Virus record (IMG/VR): IMGVR_UViG_2721755344_000003
Coordinates: 24,493 to 88,492 of that record
Direction: 5' to 3' (one strand)
Length of the DNA: 64,000 nucleotides
From: a virus
Lineage: Duplodnaviria > Caudoviricetes
Positions 1 through 7,404 of the stretch are shown here, one piece after another (within the stretch, counting starts at the first letter, position 1; every line of letters begins with the position of its first letter). The notes below the pieces were generated by a model, which was not told where the DNA came from, did not search any database, and saw nothing but the letters and a program-made list of their open reading frames with translations. Position numbers and translations under genes: made by a program.

Positions 1-66
1 ATAAATGTTCCTTCTTTAATATCACTTAAAGATTTGTCTGCATTTGATCCCATAGTATTTAATTAT

Positions 67-327
67 TTAGTTTAGAAACTTGATCTTCTTTATACATCCT
101 CTTGGAATGCCAATCATTGATATATATGTATTATCTTCTCCTATTGAAGATGCTATAGTCACAACTTTTTTATTTTTCATGATCAAAAATCCTTTTGTTA
201 CAATCCTGAATTCTTTAGAAGAGAATTTCTTTATACCATCAATACTTTTCCATTGACCGGAACTTACCGAATCTACCCAATGAACTTCAACAAACTTCTT
301 CTTATTTCTTATCTTTTTAAATCTCAT
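67..327 (-). CDS. Conserved small phage hypothetical protein
   Basis: 86 aa; V-x-W-x-D and IPxGCI pattern recurrent in phage small proteins; overlaps the adjacent gene by 4 nt. Confidence 0.7.
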   Translation of the reverse strand: MRFKKIRNKKKFVEVHWVDSVSSGQWKSIDGIKKFSSKEFRIVTKGFLIMKNKKVVTIASSIGEDNTYISMIGIPRGCIKKIKFLN

Positions 328-548
328 GCAAATCCCTTTCCTCCACGTTTACTTTTGTGATGTTTTGCCTTCCATACCCTGTAAGGATATTTCACATACC
401 TGAAAGTATCTTTCTTATCCTCTTCCAATAATGCCCTATAGGAGATGTCAGGAACTCTCTCGCTTACACTTTTCAGGTCGGTGAACGATTCCAGGTTCCA
501 TGTGTCGATATTCAACACTACATAAAAATATTCCCTGTCTCTGTTCAT
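324..548 (-). CDS. Hypothetical protein
   Basis: 74 aa; coupled to both neighbours by 4-nt ATGA overlaps. Confidence 0.65.
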   Translation of the reverse strand: MNRDREYFYVVLNIDTWNLESFTDLKSVSERVPDISYRALLEEDKKDTFRYVKYPYRVWKAKHHKSKRGGKGFA

Positions 549-787
549 AATCTTTCAATTTGTTTTAATCCAAACCATGCCATATAACCTGCATCATCAA
601 TCTCTAAACCATACTTCTGCATCCCCTGAGTTATCGTCCTCGTTTTTATAGTGGCATATTTGCCTACAAGATCCACACGAATATCATTTACCTCCATCTT
701 TGCACCAGGATAACTATCTATCTTCCATATCGGATGTCCTACCAATATCTTCACCCTTGCACCAATTCTGTACTTAAATCGTCCCAT
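545..787 (-). CDS. Hypothetical protein, possible SH3/KOW-like beta barrel
   Basis: 80 aa; YRIGARVKI ... LVGKYATI pattern; first gene leftward from the strand switch. Confidence 0.6.
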   Translation of the reverse strand: MGRFKYRIGARVKILVGHPIWKIDSYPGAKMEVNDIRVDLVGKYATIKTRTITQGMQKYGLEIDDAGYMAWFGLKQIERL

Positions 788-824
788 ATCTTAAAATCTA
801 TCACAGTAAAGTTGTATATAATAT

Positions 825-980
825 ACATTCTGTCAAAATATACTTATTAACAAAATGACATTCTATCATGAATTAGTTAATTGCGATAGAATGTATTTTT
901 TTTTGTCTAAACCCGTCTTTTTCGACACTAGAATGTCACTCCATTGTAAAATAATTATTACAACAAAATGACACTCTATC
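825..980. repeat. Five copies of an ACATTCT(A/G)TC-core motif in both orientations (operator- or iteron-like)
   Basis: 825-834 ACATTCTGTC; 851-867 CAAAATGACATTCTATC; 885-899 inverted; 929-938 inverted; 964-980 CAAAATGACACTCTATC (1 mismatch to 851-867). Confidence 0.75.
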
Positions 981-1043
981 GTATCTCATTATACCCAAAC
1001 CAACCAAAGACTATATTATTATCCCTTCCCTATCCATAAACAT

Positions 1044-1111
1044 CCCCTCCTGTATATACCCCCCCCGTATATATAGTGTGCCCCCCTATATACCCCCGGA
1101 TAATCACCCCC
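1044..1111 (-). other. C-tract cluster (G-quadruplex-capable on the minus strand) in the divergent intergenic region
   Basis: C4 1044-47, C8 1059-66, C6 1081-86, C5 1093-97, C5 1107-11, mostly separated by TATATA-containing spacers, in an AT-rich genome. Confidence 0.6.
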
Positions 1112-1146
1112 ATGTTTTACGGTAATCAAACTTTAAATTTTAATTT

Positions 1147-1473
1147 ATGAATTCACTGAGAGAAAAGAGTCCGCAGGGTGCAGACCCACGCAGGGACTTC
1201 GATGCTTGCCACATCATAAATGTGAGCAAAGCAAATCAGATCTCTACTAAAAACTGGGAATACCATACAGTGCAAACTGATGGTGCAAACAAGACTGAGA
1301 ACATTGGTGTTGGGTTACTCATGGTAGCTCACAACAAGTTCGGTAGCGTCCTGCTCACAACGAGCGGTAAAGCTGTACCGAAAGGAACAGCAAAGGAAGA
1401 CGTTGAATATCTTGTCAACAGCAAAGTCATGATTGGCAGGAAAGCAGGAGAGATCTATCTTCAGTCAGCTTAA
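1147..1473 (+). CDS. Hypothetical protein, first gene of the plus arm (monocistronic)
   Basis: 108 aa; visibly more GC/C-ending codons than neighbours; followed by its own terminator. Confidence 0.8.
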   Translation: MNSLREKSPQGADPRRDFDACHIINVSKANQISTKNWEYHTVQTDGANKTENIGVGLLMVAHNKFGSVLLTTSGKAVPKGTAKEDVEYLVNSKVMIGRKAGEIYLQSA

Positions 1474-1476
1474 AGG

Positions 1477-1499
1477 AAGGGGGGAAACCCCCTTTTTTT
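1477..1499 (+). terminator. Rho-independent terminator
   Basis: GGGGG-GAAA-CCCCC followed by T7 directly after the 1473 stop. Confidence 0.9.
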
Positions 1500-1816
1500 A
1501 AAACCCTTCCTGCAATATATATATCCAATATAATGATATAATATCAGGCTTGGATTGGCTTACAGAGCAGGATAGATCATGCATTCCTTCTGATTGGAAT
1601 GTGAGGATAATACAGATGGTGGAGTATTATAAGATATATAGAAAGAGTAAGGAGATAAGAATATGTATATCTTCGTTTCGATGAACATTAATAAGTAACT
1701 AAAGAAAGGAAGGATATATATGATGTGAGGTAATATAATCTTCGATAATTTAGCAACCATACTGTGATATGGAATAAGGCTACGATGATCTGGAAGGACC
1801 AGGGAGCAGTCTTGCT

Positions 1817-1908
1817 TAACTGTGAGAATCAGTGACAAACCTGTGGGGCTTATATCTCATCCGATTTAAGGCGGCAAGTGAGTATTAGTGCAGAGTATAA
1901 AATCAGGT
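1817..1908 (+). ncRNA. Hatchet self-cleaving ribozyme
   Basis: ACTG-TGAGAAT-CAGT (P1), GACAAACCTGTGGGGCTTATATCTCAT ... GTGAGTATTAGTGCAGAGTATAAAATCAGGT closely matches the hatchet core as I recall it. P2 ACCTG(1839-43)/CAGGT(1904-08) and P4 CTCAT(1856-60)/GTGAG(1878-82) show compensatory changes versus the reference ACAUG/CAUGU and CUAA/UUAG. Confidence 0.9.
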
Positions 1909-2028
1909 AGTCATCTTGTAGTAATGCATATGAATTGACTATAAATGACTTAAATAAGTCCTTACAAGCCAATGAAAGGCAAAACTCCTTATTAATCTTT
2001 GTATCTTTGATTATTAATAACTAACCAT

Positions 2029-2232
2029 ATGAAAAAGATTAGATTTTTATTCCTGGTATTCTCCAAGCCTATCATTAAATCCTGGATTCAATGGGGAGAA
2101 TTGAACTATTCTGTCAAAGTATTTGGTAAGATAATAATTGTGAGACAAAGAATAATCTTGGATAAAGTAATGTATATAATATATGCATCATTTGGTGATA
2201 ATCAAGATGTAGATCCTATTTATCTTTATTAA
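2029..2232 (+). CDS. Hypothetical protein
   Basis: 67 aa; AT-rich leader typical of SD-less Bacteroidota translation starts. Confidence 0.6.
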   Translation: MKKIRFLFLVFSKPIIKSWIQWGELNYSVKVFGKIIIVRQRIILDKVMYIIYASFGDNQDVDPIYLY

Positions 2233-2236
2233 ATAT

Positions 2237-2638
2237 ATGAAATTAATAATCACACTAAGTAGTGGATTAAGAGTCGGTAATTTCAGTTCACCTTATGCAT
2301 TTGAATTTGAAGATGGAACAATATTGCCTGCTATAGATGATATAACAGCGAAATTAGGCACATTAGATAGAGATGATGAAATAGTTCAAATTGGTAAGAT
2401 ATATTCGACTATACATCCTGTATTTAAGTTAAATAATATGATTGAGTTTGAATTGGATCAATGGATAAATGTATTTTTAGATGACAAAGTAGATATAGTG
2501 ATAGTTCCATTACCAGTATTACAAGCAATGCAATCAGATAAAGGATGGAAATCATCAATATTGAGTCTTCCATTCAGGACAATATATATTGTGGATAGGA
2601 TAAAGAAGATAATATCAATTAATAAATTCTGTATATGA
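2237..2638 (+). CDS. Conserved phage hypothetical protein
   Basis: 133 aa; LSSGLRVGNFSSPYAFEFEDGTILPA N-terminus resembles a recurrent Bacteroidota-phage family. Confidence 0.75.
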   Translation: MKLIITLSSGLRVGNFSSPYAFEFEDGTILPAIDDITAKLGTLDRDDEIVQIGKIYSTIHPVFKLNNMIEFELDQWINVFLDDKVDIVIVPLPVLQAMQSDKGWKSSILSLPFRTIYIVDRIKKIISINKFCI

Positions 2639-2871
2639 TATCTATTGAACTAACTAATAAGATTGAAGAACTAGTGATATTTACTAATTCGTTTAAAGAT
2701 CAGAATAATATGACTAAAGATGATCTTAATAAGAGTTATGACATGTTGGTAGATATAGAAGATTGTATGAGCAGAATCATATTTAAACCAACAGCAGTGT
2801 TTGAATTAATGGATATGCAACGTCAAATAATCGATATAAAGAATGACATATCTAAACTTTTAAATCAATGA
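2635..2871 (+). CDS. Hypothetical helical protein
   Basis: 78 aa; ATGA overlaps on both sides. Confidence 0.65.
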   Translation: MISIELTNKIEELVIFTNSFKDQNNMTKDDLNKSYDMLVDIEDCMSRIIFKPTAVFELMDMQRQIIDIKNDISKLLNQ

Positions 2872-3359
2872 AATATTCATCAAGTATTCTTTATTTTATA
2901 TGTTCATTTTTCATAACATCTTCTTTTACAGAAATATTAAAAGCACAAAACATAGTTTCTACCGCTGGAGATCACTTTAAAAATAATACAGCTCAGTTAA
3001 GCTGGACCGTCGGAGAGGTAACCATTGAAACTCTATCAGGCACCAGTAATATTCTTACTCAGGGATTTCACCAGACTAACTTAATAGCAACTGCTATCAA
3101 TGAAATACTTGATCTTGGTTTTGAAATTAAAGCCTATCCGAATCCTACTCAGGATTATCTGATCCTTAAAATATCAAAAGATAAACTTAATGGAATGCAG
3201 TACAAACTTTACGATATGCAAGGGAAATTATTGCATCATAAGTTGATTGAAGAAAGTGAAACAGAAATTTCTTTTAAAGATCTTGTCCCATCAACATATC
3301 TTATCAAAGTAATTGAAATGAATAAAGAACTTAAAACCTTCATGATAGTTAAACAATAA
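2868..3359 (+). CDS. T9SS type-A C-terminal sorting domain-containing secreted protein
   Basis: Signal peptide; IKAYPNPTQDYL ... YKLYDMQGKLL ... YLIKV ... KTFMIVKQ is the classic Por secretion CTD. Confidence 0.9.
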   Translation: MKYSSSILYFICSFFITSSFTEILKAQNIVSTAGDHFKNNTAQLSWTVGEVTIETLSGTSNILTQGFHQTNLIATAINEILDLGFEIKAYPNPTQDYLILKISKDKLNGMQYKLYDMQGKLLHHKLIEESETEISFKDLVPSTYLIKVIEMNKELKTFMIVKQ

Positions 3360-3371
3360 AAAAACAAAGCC

Positions 3372-4808
3372 ATGAGAAAGTTATACTCAATTTTGGTCGC
3401 ATTAATACTGTCTGTAACATTATTTGCACAGGCACCATCAAGTTTTAAATACCAGACAGTTGTTAGAAACTCTTCTGGACAGTTGATTACAAATACCCAG
3501 GTTACTATTCAAATAGCAATACTTAGAGGTAGTATCAGTGGTGATCCGGTTTATATTGAAACCTTCAGTCCGACAACAAATGATTTTGGTTTGGTGAACC
3601 TGAATATAGGTTCAGGAATAATGATCTTAGGTAATTTTGAAACTATTGATTGGGGAATTGATACTTATTTTATTAAAGTCTGGTTTAATAGTACAGAGAT
3701 GGGCACCAGTCAGTTATTAAGTGTCCCTTATGCATTATATGCAAACAAAGCAGAGACTCTATCGGAAAATGCTTTAACAGGAAATGAAAATGCTTTCATC
3801 GAATGGGATAAAAATATATTAGATGATTTTGATGGTAAATATAGCAGTCTTTCCAATATACCAACTTTTGCCAATATTGCAATAACAGGAGATTATAATG
3901 ATCTTGCTAATAAACCACTCTTATCCGATAGTGCCTGGGGATCATTACCACTAGGAAAAGCAGGACAGATATTAACCATAGATCAATTTGGTAAACCATT
4001 ATGGGTTACTCTTTCTGGAAAGCCAGATGCAACAACTCTGCCAGTGTCAAATATAAATGGTGGATTAACAACATTTAATTGCAATGTCAACCCAAATGGA
4101 CTTTTAACTTCAGTAATATTTGAATATGGTATTGACACTGGTTATGGTAAAGTAATATTGCCTACTCAGAATACTATCATTGGAAATTCAATTATTGCTT
4201 TAAGTGCTGATATAGGAAATTTAGCGGTAGGTACCACTTATCATTTCAGAGTAAAAGCCATAAATACATTTGGTACTTCGTATGGAGAAGATATGTATTT
4301 CACACCTTATTATTCTTTAGAATCAATTGCTATTGGACAATTCTATGCTGGTGGTGTAATATTCTATATTGATGAAACTGGACAACACGGATTAGTTTGT
4401 GCTTCAACTAATCAAAGTCAAGGAATACAATGGTATAATGGAGCCGATATTTTAACAGATGCTACTGATAAATTAATTGGAACTGGACAGCAAAATACAG
4501 CAAAAATAATTGCTATTCAAGGACCTGGAATTTATGCTGCAAGTCTTTGTGATCAATTAGAATTAAATGGCTTTAATGATTGGTTTATGCCTTCATATGA
4601 TGAACTTAAACAGATGTTTCTTAATAGGGCAATTATTGGAGGTTTTGAAATGTCATCATATCGTTGGTGGTATTGGAGTTCGACAGAAAAAGGTTTAACT
4701 TTAGCTAATATGTGGGATTTTAGTAGGGATAATCCAGATATGAATGGCGAAGCCTATGCAACAAAAAATGGTAGTGGAGCTGGTGTAAGAGCTATTCGTA
4801 CTTTTTAA
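3372..4808 (+). CDS. Secreted Bacteroidota-type protein with Fn3-like repeat and C-terminal DUF1566 (Lcl, C-type-lectin-like) domain
   Basis: Signal peptide + AQAPSSFKYQTVVRN; SVPYALYA motif; Fn3-like TTYHFRVKAINTFGTSYG; C-terminal DWFMPSYDEL ... YWSSTE ... VRAIRTF. Confidence 0.8.
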   Translation: MRKLYSILVALILSVTLFAQAPSSFKYQTVVRNSSGQLITNTQVTIQIAILRGSISGDPVYIETFSPTTNDFGLVNLNIGSGIMILGNFETIDWGIDTYFIKVWFNSTEMGTSQLLSVPYALYANKAETLSENALTGNENAFIEWDKNILDDFDGKYSSLSNIPTFANIAITGDYNDLANKPLLSDSAWGSLPLGKAGQILTIDQFGKPLWVTLSGKPDATTLPVSNINGGLTTFNCNVNPNGLLTSVIFEYGIDTGYGKVILPTQNTIIGNSIIALSADIGNLAVGTTYHFRVKAINTFGTSYGEDMYFTPYYSLESIAIGQFYAGGVIFYIDETGQHGLVCASTNQSQGIQWYNGADILTDATDKLIGTGQQNTAKIIAIQGPGIYAASLCDQLELNGFNDWFMPSYDELKQMFLNRAIIGGFEMSSYRWWYWSSTEKGLTLANMWDFSRDNPDMNGEAYATKNGSGAGVRAIRTF

Positions 4809-4859
4809 ATTGTTAAAATGAATTTATTCGTTTGACAATAAACTATTAAATTAAACATT

Positions 4860-5144
4860 ATGACATTTCATCTTAAGGGGGAAATAAAAACTGGTAGAGT
4901 CTGGTTAAGATATAAAGAATTGTATCCTGGAGAAAGTCAAAGATTAATAAATCATTCGCCAGATGGTTTTAATTGGGGGTATGGTGGATCAGGACCAGCA
5001 CAATTAGCATTAGCTATATGCCTTGAATTGTTTGATAGAAAGAAAGCATTGAAAGTATATCAAGTGCTTAAATGGAGACATATTGCTACATTACCACAGA
5101 CAGATTTTGAACGGGATATTACCATAGATCAATATCTTTTATGA
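4860..5144 (+). CDS. DUF6166-like phage protein
   Basis: NHSPDGFNWGYGGSGPAQLALA signature. Confidence 0.8.
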   Translation: MTFHLKGEIKTGRVWLRYKELYPGESQRLINHSPDGFNWGYGGSGPAQLALAICLELFDRKKALKVYQVLKWRHIATLPQTDFERDITIDQYLL

Positions 5145-5698
5145 AAAAAGATAGGCTTGATATTGCTCATGTTATATATGAATGGTGGAAAACCAAACAG
5201 AATAAAAAAGATTATCTCGATGCCACAATAACAGTAGAACAATTTTTAAGTATAAAAACAATAAGTGAAGATATAGAATTTATAGAAGAAGGCACACGAA
5301 TATTCATAAAACACAGAAATAAACCAGATGAGATTATATATAAAGGAATCGAAGCGGTTAAAGAAATCAGAGCAGCTTTGTCTTCGTGCAGTACATGTAA
5401 TTATGAAATATACGTCAGATTTAATGAAGGAGGAGAAAAGAAACAAGAAGAAGATTGGTATTGGAACAGAGATTGCATGTGTCTTAATATTGATTGTTCA
5501 AATCATTTTAATAATATTGTAAAGAACAGAACAACCAGAGAACCAATACAACCAGTATATGAATGTCCATATTGGAAACAAAGGATAAAGGAGTTATTAA
5601 CAGATTATGAACAGACTACAACAGTTATTACGACAGGCAAAAGAATTAAAAAGAAAAGGGGAAAATACAAAAGATATTCAAAACCAAATTATGGATGA
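5141..5698 (+). CDS. Hypothetical protein with Cys cluster
   Basis: 185 aa; CSTC, CMC-x4-C and CPYW motifs. Confidence 0.7.
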   Translation: MKKDRLDIAHVIYEWWKTKQNKKDYLDATITVEQFLSIKTISEDIEFIEEGTRIFIKHRNKPDEIIYKGIEAVKEIRAALSSCSTCNYEIYVRFNEGGEKKQEEDWYWNRDCMCLNIDCSNHFNNIVKNRTTREPIQPVYECPYWKQRIKELLTDYEQTTTVITTGKRIKKKRGKYKRYSKPNYG

Positions 5699-5730
5699 AT
5701 TTATATTAGATAAAGAAAATTATATAACCT

Positions 5731-6168
5731 ATGAAGAAAAACATCGTCGTATGCATTCTAATGATTCTGGCAGGGATCGTTAATGCACAGAAACCACAAA
5801 TCAAATTACCTGAATGGGAAACAACAGGAACTGTTATAGGACCACCAGAGAATGCCATATTAGGTACATTTGAAGAAGTATTAGAAAAAGTCATGAAATT
5901 AACAGGTATGGACACTATGTATATTCTCACAGATCAACCTGGTTTATATATTCCAGATTATTCCATGACTATCAGACAAACTGTCTATATATATATTCCA
6001 AGTAATGACAATAGACAGTCTCCTGGTTATTCTAATAATGGTTATGATCCTACTCATGGAAGATATGAGAATAGGTATTATAATGCAAATCCGGGCTTAT
6101 TAATGCCCTTGCCAGCACCACCACCATTGCCAAGATCTGTACCATGGTATTATATAAGAAAGCGGTGA
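5731..6168 (+). CDS. Secreted hypothetical protein with Pro-rich C-terminus
   Basis: MKKNIVVCILMILAGIVNAQ signal peptide; PLPAPPPLP tail. Confidence 0.7.
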   Translation: MKKNIVVCILMILAGIVNAQKPQIKLPEWETTGTVIGPPENAILGTFEEVLEKVMKLTGMDTMYILTDQPGLYIPDYSMTIRQTVYIYIPSNDNRQSPGYSNNGYDPTHGRYENRYYNANPGLLMPLPAPPPLPRSVPWYYIRKR

Positions 6169-6323
6169 GGCCGAAGTCTTAAACAGCCGTAACAGTTACC
6201 ATGTCATAAGACCGACTGGACTGACAGAGAAAGAGAGAAACATGGCGATTATCTGTCAGATACACGGAGGCTGATAATCCTCAGATGCAGGATATGGCCT
6301 ATGAGGACCGCTTTCTTTTTTTT
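6156..6323 (+). ncRNA. Candidate structured RNA of unknown class
   Basis: 11-bp closing stem AAGAAAGCGGT(6156-66)/ACCGCTTTCTT(6307-17); nested GGCC/GGCC, CAGCC/GGCTG, CTGACAGA(6221-28)/TCTGTCAG(6252-59), ATCCT/AGGAT; ends in a U-tract. Confidence 0.6.
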
Positions 6324-6344
6324 AATATCAACGATCTCTTTAAG

Positions 6345-6423
6345 GCGGGGTAATGGCATAATACAATTCTTTTCTGGTTAGTTTAGGATTGTATAAAAAG
6401 GTTCGAATCCTTTTCCCTGCTCA
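6345..6423 (+). tRNA. Degenerate tRNA-like element (no D-stem, extended anticodon-position stem, no encoded CCA)
   Basis: Acceptor GCGGGG/CCCTGC with a G3-U70 pair; T-arm AAAGG-TTCGAAT-CCTTT; 10-bp stem ATACAATTCT/AGGATTGTAT; anticodon not assignable. Confidence 0.5.
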
Positions 6424-6460
6424 AAGTAAAAGACAAAGTTATTTTTTAATACTAGTCAAT

Positions 6461-6640
6461 ATGATACTAATAATATCAACATTTTGTTTATGGTTATTGG
6501 GAGGAGTAGGCATCAGTTTATCATTAAATAGAAAAAAAGATCCTAGATGGTTGAGGATGTTATATGCTATCATAGGTATAGGTCTATGTGCAGAAGCAGG
6601 ATATATTCTTAGCATAATCTTTTTTAAACAATTAGAATAA
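6461..6640 (+). CDS. Small two-TM membrane protein
   Basis: ATG at 6461 preferred over the TTG at 6389, which lies inside the tRNA-like element; two hydrophobic helices. Confidence 0.65.
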   Translation: MILIISTFCLWLLGGVGISLSLNRKKDPRWLRMLYAIIGIGLCAEAGYILSIIFFKQLE

Positions 6641-6939
6641 TGAAAACAATTTGGAAATATAAATTATCTCTTGATAATTCTAATGATATTAGTGTTCCTT
6701 ATGCTTCTCAAAATATTAGAATACCTATTAGATCAGTAATTCTTGATGTTCAAGAACAAAGAGGTATTCCTTGCCTTTGGGCTTTAGTAGAAGATACTAA
6801 TAAGATTGTTGAAAGACATATAAGAATATATGGAACAGGTCATAAAATAGACCAGTTCGATCAACATGTTTATATAGGAACATTTCAATTTCATGATTAT
6901 GGCTTAGTTTTTCATGTTTTTGAATTTATTGATAAATAA
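6640..6939 (+). CDS. Conserved phage protein (DUF7352-like)
   Basis: MKTIWKY ... VQEQ ... LWALV ... IYGTGH ... YIGTFQ ... LVFHVFE pattern. Confidence 0.75.
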   Translation: MKTIWKYKLSLDNSNDISVPYASQNIRIPIRSVILDVQEQRGIPCLWALVEDTNKIVERHIRIYGTGHKIDQFDQHVYIGTFQFHDYGLVFHVFEFIDK

Positions 6940-6944
6940 GAATA

Positions 6945-7256
6945 ATGAAATCATTTTGCTTTAAGACAACAACAGCAGGTGGCGATCCTGCCAAAATAAT
7001 AATTACTAACTATGATGACTGTGTTAATAATAATATTATCATTATTACCAAACGTATTCTCACAAAAGATTACAGAATAGCAAAACGGTGCAAAATGCAT
7101 ATATTAAGAAAAATAGGTGACAAATATTATGTGGAAAGTAGGTTTTCATTAAAATTAGAAACGTTGCTGAATATTATACATGGATTAATAATAACAGAAG
7201 ATGCAAGAATATCTATTAAAAATCATAAAGGCAACAAAAGGATTCAAAAAAGGTAA
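6945..7256 (+). CDS. Hypothetical protein
   Basis: 103 aa in a co-directional cluster. Confidence 0.6.
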   Translation: MKSFCFKTTTAGGDPAKIIITNYDDCVNNNIIIITKRILTKDYRIAKRCKMHILRKIGDKYYVESRFSLKLETLLNIIHGLIITEDARISIKNHKGNKRIQKR

Positions 7257-7404
7257 ACAGTTTATTGGATTCGAAAGATTATCTGTATTGCCTAATCATT
7301 ATATTACAATTAATGAAGATAATATAGAAAAGACAATACCAAAGAAAAATTGTAAAGTATTAGCTACATCTATAGTTAAAAGAGAAAAAAATAATATCTT
7401 ATGA
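7201..7404 (+). CDS. Hypothetical protein
   Basis: 67 aa; coupled to the next gene. Confidence 0.55.
   Translation: MQEYLLKIIKATKGFKKGKQFIGFERLSVLPNHYITINEDNIEKTIPKKNCKVLATSIVKREKNNIL

Noticed and set aside
1560-1838. Minus-strand 92-aa ORF
   Set aside because: Antisense to the ribozyme/non-coding region; low-complexity hydrophobic composition typical of AT-rich shadow ORFs
1921-1990. Twister ribozyme (TAATGC and TTACAAGCC fragments)
   Set aside because: P4, T1 and T2 pairings cannot be formed
4600-4808. DUF1566 C-terminus as a diversity-generating-retroelement variable region
   Set aside because: No reverse transcriptase ORF, and I saw no adenine-variant template repeat in the window; one could lie outside it
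6165-6300. Hammerhead ribozyme (GAGGCCGAA and CTGATAA fragments)
   Set aside because: CUGANGA/GAAA core not present in a workable arrangement
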